Assembly: GCA_024704765.1 (NCBI GenBank)
Contig: JAKMXF010000313.1
Span: 347,515-411,514, forward strand
Direction of reading: 5' to 3'
Source of the DNA: Oopsacas minuta
Lineage: Eukaryota > Animalia > Porifera
Length of the DNA: 64,000 bases
Shown here: one piece after another, positions 58,701-64,000 of the stretch
Layout of the letters: each line of letters starts with the position of its first letter
Numbering within the stretch: position 1 is the stretch's first letter
Made by a program: the position numbers and the translations under genes
Notes under the pieces: model-generated
Told to the model about the DNA's origin: nothing
What the model saw: the letters and a program-made list of their open reading frames with translations, nothing else
Databases searched by the model: none

Positions 58701-61700
58701 GCAACTAGGATGGTCTGATGAATGTGATGATGAGGCTGGATGAAACGCTGAAAAATATATATGCTTATGTAATTATGTTGAGTATTGTCCTCATTTCCAG
58801 GGCAGCTCCAACTAGGGTGATAAAATATAAGGCCTGAATTTTTATATACACGTATCATAATATTCAGTGAAATTATTTTATACAATTAACACAAAAGTAT
58901 TTCGAATCTTATACGTATCGATCTTTCTGCATATGCGTAAATAATATTTAACAAATTGAATATTACAATAATATCCAGGACATAGGAAGCAAAAAATTAT
59001 TGGTACGGTGAGGTACATTTGTATTGGTGCGGCAATCATCACATATGACCATTAATAATAATAGAAATTCTGAATTATTGGTGAGGCGTGCGCCGCACCT
59101 GCTGGCACCGGCTGCTGCGGCCCTGATATCACTGAATGTAAGACAAAATACGTTTATACGATGTAGAATGAGTGTTGGATGAATATAATTGCCTATAAGC
59201 TATAGTGATTAATTCATGAATGGGAAACAACTAATTTGATTTGTAACATTAATTTATTCCTATTTTTAGAATGTGACTGCAACGAAAAAGGTTCAGTATT
59301 AGGAATCTGTGACACATACGGAGGACAGTGTTTATGTACTCCTAACTATGGCGGTAGGAGTTGTGACCAATGCTCACCAGGGTTACAGATGGGAAATAAT
59401 GGAATCTGCGAACGTAAGTTAATGTTATTTCATACTCGATACATACTAAGATTTTCTTGCAACTCGATCTAACCATAACTGGTATATTAATTATAACGGG
59501 AATTGCTGAGATATTAAAAAGTCCTTTGTGTATGCGCTACTCGACAGGTGGCAACGCCAAGTAGCGCATGCGCTAATGGCTTTTGAATATCTGGAATTGT
59601 TAGCATTTACGACTTTTATATATTAATTCTAGCTTGTAATTGCGATCCTATAAAGTCAGAGACAGCTGCTTGTAACTCAACTGGATATTGTTACTGTACT
59701 GACCCACTATCAACTGATGAAACCAGTAGAACATGTTCAAGGTATTTAATTGTTACCCAAATTATGTGTGGTTATTATTTATTAAAGGAGTCAAACCTTT
59801 CAAAAGATTAGGCCAAGTAGATAATTCGAGCATTGAAAATTCACATAATAGTACAATTTGCAAACTACATTCTTATTCTTGCTAAGCCCCTTTTATATGC
59901 GTATTATGGATAATGATCTGAACATCCACCAGACGTGGTACAATTACTAATTTCTAATTAACACAATTTCTTGGAAAATGCAATTAATTATATTTGTAAT
60001 TATTAATCACGGTATCCAGTTATCTCAATCAATCACCAGTTATTCACGCAACATGATCCCAAGGAAATCCAATCTATTTAAGTAATTGGCATTAGGAATT
60101 TGATATATAGTTATACAACAATCGAGAGTAAATAATATAGATTTCTAATCAAAAAGAGCACACACACATTGAAATTAAATAAATCTTCAACAAACAATAT
60201 CGCTATGCGATAGCATTAGTGTCGTAATCCACCGGGAATCCGGAAATGACCGGAGCCTTCTCGGAATTTATCCGGAACGCTAGATGTTACCGGGTCATAT
60301 TCTTGCCACTATACAAATGGAATGCAACCTTTTTCATCTGCGGAGCCCTAATGTCCAATTTTGGTTGCGGAACCCTGCGGTATACAATAAGTAGATTTAT
60401 TAAAATTCAAAGTAAATTTCATCATTCTCATGTGTTTCGAAGTCTCCGACTTAGCGGTTCAATACTCAAACGAATGTCTTTCAGGTTACTGCCCGGTTAG
60501 CACAACCCTGACTTATTGCATTGGATGGCTAAGAGCTGAACATAAATTCGAAGCCTATGTCCCTATGCTTCTCACTTCTAATTTATCCTTTAGCTGTAAC
60601 CCAGGCTATACACTATCTTCGGCTGGTAGCTGTGTTAGTTGTGATTGTGATATTGTGGGATCTCAGGATCAGATCTGTGATCTAGTGAGCGGAGACTGTA
60701 CGTGTAGAGTTGGTTATCAGGGGTCACGCTGTGATAGCTGTCAGTCTACTCACATTTCCTCTGGGGATCAATGTGTATTGTGTCCGTGTCCTGGTATTGA
60801 GGATAGGAATAATGCAGATCAGTGTTTTATGATTGAGGGAATAGTTAGTTGTATGTGTTCAGATGGTTTCACTGGATTAACCTGTGAAGAATGTGATGCC
60901 GGGTATTTCGCTGAGTATTCAGGTAAGTTGATATGAATATATTTACTAGTTCATTATCTCGCTATATTGTCTATCCCTCTCTTTAATACATTTTCTTCAT
61001 AGATTTAGGATTCTTGGCTAGTTGCAGAGAATGTGATTGTAATGGAAATGGTATAGAAGTGGGCGGAAAACTTTGCGACGGAGTTACAGGCGAGTGTCTC
61101 AGATGTACTGGTAACACAGGTGGTAACAGCTGCGATTATTGTGTGGATGGATTCTATCAAACAGTTGATGGAAGTTGTCAAGGTAATTTCAACAGTCATA
61201 TTAAAATTACCATGAGATTATCTAACATTAATTATTTATGTTTATACCCTGTTAGTATTAGTTTTAATTGTAAGGAATATAGCTTGATCAAAGTTGGTAG
61301 AAAAACATATTTTGATTTCAATTCCCTCTAAAGTATGCAAATTCCAAAATATTGATAAGTATTGTTGATCATGATACTCTACTCAGGTTAAGAACTCTCT
61401 AGTAATGGAAGCATACCCATGGTTACCCATAGATATCTGTATTTCAAAATTATTGTTAAATTTACCAGTACTAAAATTGTTGAACACACTCTATCTATTG
61501 ACATAATGTAACAGCATGTGACTGTGACGTCATTGGGTCAGAAGAACACTTGTGCAACAGATATACAGGCTTCTGTGAGTGTAAAGAAGGATTCTCTGGG
61601 GAGAAATGTGATCAATGTGATGTTAATTTCTTCAGCTCTTCCGATACATGTCCAGGTGAGAATCCAATCTCAAAAATGTTTATATATGTTAAAATGTTAC

Positions 61701-63895
61701 ATACTCCTTTAGTAAGAAATTGAAATTGAATTTCCTAGCTATTATTAGCCAAATAAATATCCCTTAATTACTAAGAATTTGAATTAATTAAAATTGAATT
61801 TAGCTTGCAGCGCCTGCTTCAATCAAGTATTTGAACTTTACTCCTCTCTTCGTGGACGTTTAAACTTGTACCAGTTTCTCTCTCAGTCTGGATGTACCCT
61901 TCTCTCTCCTTCCTTACAGGAACTATTGAACATGTACTCCAGGAATATCTCACTAATACATACAGATATAAATTTAGTTAACCAAGTGGATGCTGATCTG
62001 TTTTCAGCACTCACAGGTCTATCAACTCAAGTACAGCAGCTAAACGTTAGTATAGTAACAGCTGTAATAATTTTTCAAACTTGTGGGAATATATTTGTTT
62101 TATCTTTCGATTGATAAATGATTACACTCTAATGTACCATTTTTATTCTGATTTATTTCTAATCAGGCTGAAGTGGGTATTCTTCTTACAGATGCTAATC
62201 AGGAACAAGAAAGGGCTATGGACCTACAAACTACCTCTGAAACTAATTACCAGAATGCCAGGAACACCCTGGAAAGAATAGAGGATACAATAATTACATA
62301 TACAGCAACTATCTTGAGGATATATCATGTGCTTCAATTAGTATACATCGGGATTACAAAAAATGTGAGTTAAGAATCATATTAGCTCTACCGTTAAGTT
62401 CGTTTTGTTAATTCACAATAATCTAAACTGGTAATATAGATTGAAGATATTAACATCATTGTCACGAGAGAGAGTGAGTTGGTTGATTTACAGAGGATAT
62501 GGATCACTGAGTCTAGTGACCTGTCTACAGAACTTGTTAACACGGCAGTGGATACACTGCTTTCAGCTCAAAAGGCTGTAGAGTTACAGCAAAACACTAC
62601 TCGATTAATTAGTTGGTCCTTTTCGCTTCTGAGGATACTCTTTCTACAAGCAGAATTACTCAATTCTACCTACACAGTGGTGTGTTATTATGGTATATGT
62701 ACTCTTGTTCTTATCGGTGGTTATTACAGCCAAGACGAGTCTTTTATTTAAACATACTTGTCGAGTAGAAAAGTTAGAATATTCTGATTGGAAATCCTTG
62801 TAAAATTGGAATTTTTTACATAATAAATAGTAAAAATTGTCCAGCCGACAGACTGGGAGTGCAGCTCAGGATTATTTGTTTGTGTTTTTTTTTCAAGGGG
62901 GGTACGCCCCCCTGACCCCTCTGCTTATACGTATATACCGCACTACACCAGCCCCAGATTTAGGGCGCCTTGCTCTGAGAAATAATTCAGGTTAAACAGT
63001 ATACCAAGCTGAGTTGACTATCATGAATATCAAATATATATTCAGTCATACTTAATTACACCTTACTAGCAGTTCAAACGAAATCTTTAGCATGATTTTG
63101 AATAAAATGCAAAAAGTTGTGAAATATTCAAAAAATTCATATCCGGGGTGCAAATCTTCGACCCGAAATATATATATATATATAAATCTGGCTGTTAGAT
63201 TTCGCACGGCAGTGCGGACGGACGGACGTCGCACATCGCACATCGTCCATGCCACTATGGCATCTCCCTAACCTAAAATAAGAACATGGTGAACAATGTT
63301 GCATGGAAATAGGAAACTGTTCTATTTTCATGCAAAATTGTTGTATGTTACCTTGTTGCAAGCAGCTAAATTGCATGCAACCAAGTACATCTTGTATGGT
63401 GAGCTTTAGATTTCCATATATTGAAAGTAACAGCATTTTCTCATCACTCAATAGTAATACGTACAAATAGAGCTGTTTACTGTTGGTAAAATTTATAGAT
63501 ATATTAATGATTTATAAGCAAGTTAGTCAGTGAACTTATATATCTAATTAAGTTATAATATCTGATAGGTAGAAGATGCAGCCGTTACAGCAGAAGAATA
63601 TTTAAGAATCATCACCTCATTACTTGACTCTCCTCCATTTGATATTCCAGTATTTCCACACGATAAATTGAATAATGATGTTTTGGTGCTAGAAGATTTT
63701 GTTATACAGCTTAGAAAAGAATCTCTCTTTCAAGTAAATCGATCTAATATAGAAATTAGCTCATCCCAAATTCTTATCCAGAAAGGAGAATTTTTACTGA
63801 ATGTGACCACTGTGTTACAAAACATATTAAATTCCCACAAATTGTTAGCTGAGAATGCTGTAGAAGAATCTAATCAACTTATCCAGCAGCTAATA
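46753..63895 (+). CDS. Laminin subunit beta-like, multi-exon, 3'-incomplete
   Basis: Hand-spliced GT-AG exons with consistent phases: 46753-46932, 47667-47893, 50072-50288, 50353-50530, 50592-51398, 59270-59413, 59633-59741, 60594-60922, 61003-61182, 61515-61655, 61804-62045, 62167-62364, 62440-about 62692, about 63573-63895 (last two boundaries uncertain). Gives signal peptide, LN domain (TCG; [24 protein letters not shown]), LE repeats, a IVB-like domain, more LE repeats, CSACF hinge and coiled coil. Confidence 0.85.
46961..47149. mobile_element. TIR MITE with CAT termini (P-element-like or hAT-like) in laminin intron 1
   Basis: Perfect 13-bp TIR CATACTTGCCAAC / GTTGGCAAGTATG; flanking duplication ATCTAT (6 bp). 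Confidence 0.7.
52111..52668 (-). CDS. APTX: Aprataxin (HIT + C2H2 zinc finger; no FHA domain in the ORF), nested in a laminin intron
   Basis: [50 protein letters not shown]...LKEH; 185 aa. Confidence 0.93.
   Translation of the reverse strand: MASKSHWSTSLLTDMFKPENILKQDDHVVIIRDKYPKSKHHYLTLPKETINSITDLNTSHIGLLKHMALFADKFIQSLLSVDCQGVKYKMGFHAIPSVPQLHMHVISTDFQGAGLKTKKHWNSFNTEYFVSNEEILKQLESKGKVHFDKFKFSDLLHTPLKCHLCHKVASNMPQLKEHISKCNIK
52807..52852. repeat. 12-bp tandem repeat ACTGTACTCAAT (3 copies plus partials)
   Basis: Copies at 52807, 52819 and 52836; about 140 bp upstream of the APTX start codon. Confidence 0.85.
52943..53369. mobile_element. Possible Transib-derived MITE bounded by CACAGTG / CACTGTG
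   Basis: Left CACAGTGGATAC; right end reverse complement CACAGTGATACAAAAAG; no matching 5-bp TSD seen. Confidence 0.35.
53430..54123 (-). pseudogene. Frame-shifted gene remnant, paralog of 16684-17700, nested in a laminin intron
   Basis: Broken ORFs 53890-54123 and 53708-53926; 53672-53707 is identical (36/36) to 16892-16927; continues [17 protein letters not shown]. Confidence 0.45.
54984..56522 (-). CDS. RBSN: Rabenosyn-5 (C2H2 + FYVE + Rab-binding helices), nested in a laminin intron
   Basis: YICPHC...HFEDVH; WQSD...C..C...KHHCRLCG...C..CS...RLC..C; C-terminal [29 protein letters not shown] Rab5-binding hairpin; 512 aa. Confidence 0.9.
   Translation of the reverse strand: MAEEVCLEGYICPHCMEDQGSMTGLQQHFEDVHSQKRSFTTLFRERESPSFVKGLIGKAREKFTSSSSFSQSKSLKASIDYSTEEENTSMSIDSSSAGVPSTNPSGISNYCWEPQEIGSSRCFMNLYRPLRDKYVDQLTVETNKVLIRLGKMMSMKTATISSPSEKKMRKLEMEVVQWQSDKDGKYCAICSKKLLLASKHHCRLCGFVICGGCSMFLPMPIAMLLEKTNKQCLDEQACKGALRKAKEQAREMNGKSDNAVRLCTSCNAIIDKRIQRLESVHTRPRLSLLYASICDMMREVDVMLPKYESMVSGIFEGKIEHTSDEAKRMRFSILQLYESIDIKSKKVMALLETPVNSGSDAGAEEIEYSPRQLRLHKGVRSFSVKYLQERIACLPNVPSDAEIAKIRKKREEERVMSKSFRQSDKSLEANPSKPRSQSHLLSTGWVASSTDNTALEDVEEDPYILQLRLLRGYLSQAEKEGREDEVLTLTQEVNMLLSEIDKRGSSSYKSNN
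57449..57749. mobile_element. hAT MITE
   Basis: TIRs TAGAGGTTGCAAC / GTTTGCGACCTTTA; TSD ATTACCAC / AATACCAC (7/8). Confidence 0.7.
62834..63270 (-). mobile_element. DINE-1/HINE-like element, copy 3 (in a laminin intron)
   Basis: Reverse complement: ATGCCATAGTGGCAT hairpin, GTCCGTCCGTCC tract, and CTGAGCTGCACTCCCAGTCTGTCGGCTGGACAATTTT 3' end. Confidence 0.6.
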
Positions 63896-63899
63896 GTAC

Positions 63900-64000
<101 letters not shown>

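Overview
AT-rich eukaryotic (metazoan) genomic DNA. The compact, mostly intronless housekeeping genes, a laminin gene and dense DNA-transposon debris suggest an intron-poor early-branching animal such as a hexactinellid (glass) sponge; this is inference only. Plus-strand host genes: SAFB/SLTM-like, GINS2/PSF2, ATAD5/ELG1, casein kinase 1 gamma, fructose-1,6-bisphosphatase, a strongly divergent actin, CCT4 (one intron), a RING-less COP1-type WD40 protein, and a laminin beta-like gene with at least 14 exons that runs off the window end. Laminin's 7.9-kb fifth intron contains antisense aprataxin and rabenosyn-5 genes. Intergenic DNA holds decayed piggyBac, hAT and Transib/RAG1-like transposases, many hAT MITEs with 8-bp TSDs, non-autonomous Helitrons, DINE-1/HINE-like elements, foldback palindromes and pseudogene fragments. 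Most notable observations: (1) three different hAT-type elements inserted at the same 8-bp position of a Helitron 130-bp repeat unit; (2) an actin with substitutions in the ATP-hydrolysis site and filament interface; (3) a RAG1-core-like transposon with DDE codons retained and a perfect CACAGTG heptamer end; (4) a COP1 propeller lacking the RING but keeping VP-pocket residues; (5) a template-switch-like de novo hairpin downstream of the actin. No tRNA, rRNA or CRISPR feature could be supported. All coordinates and alignments were read by eye.
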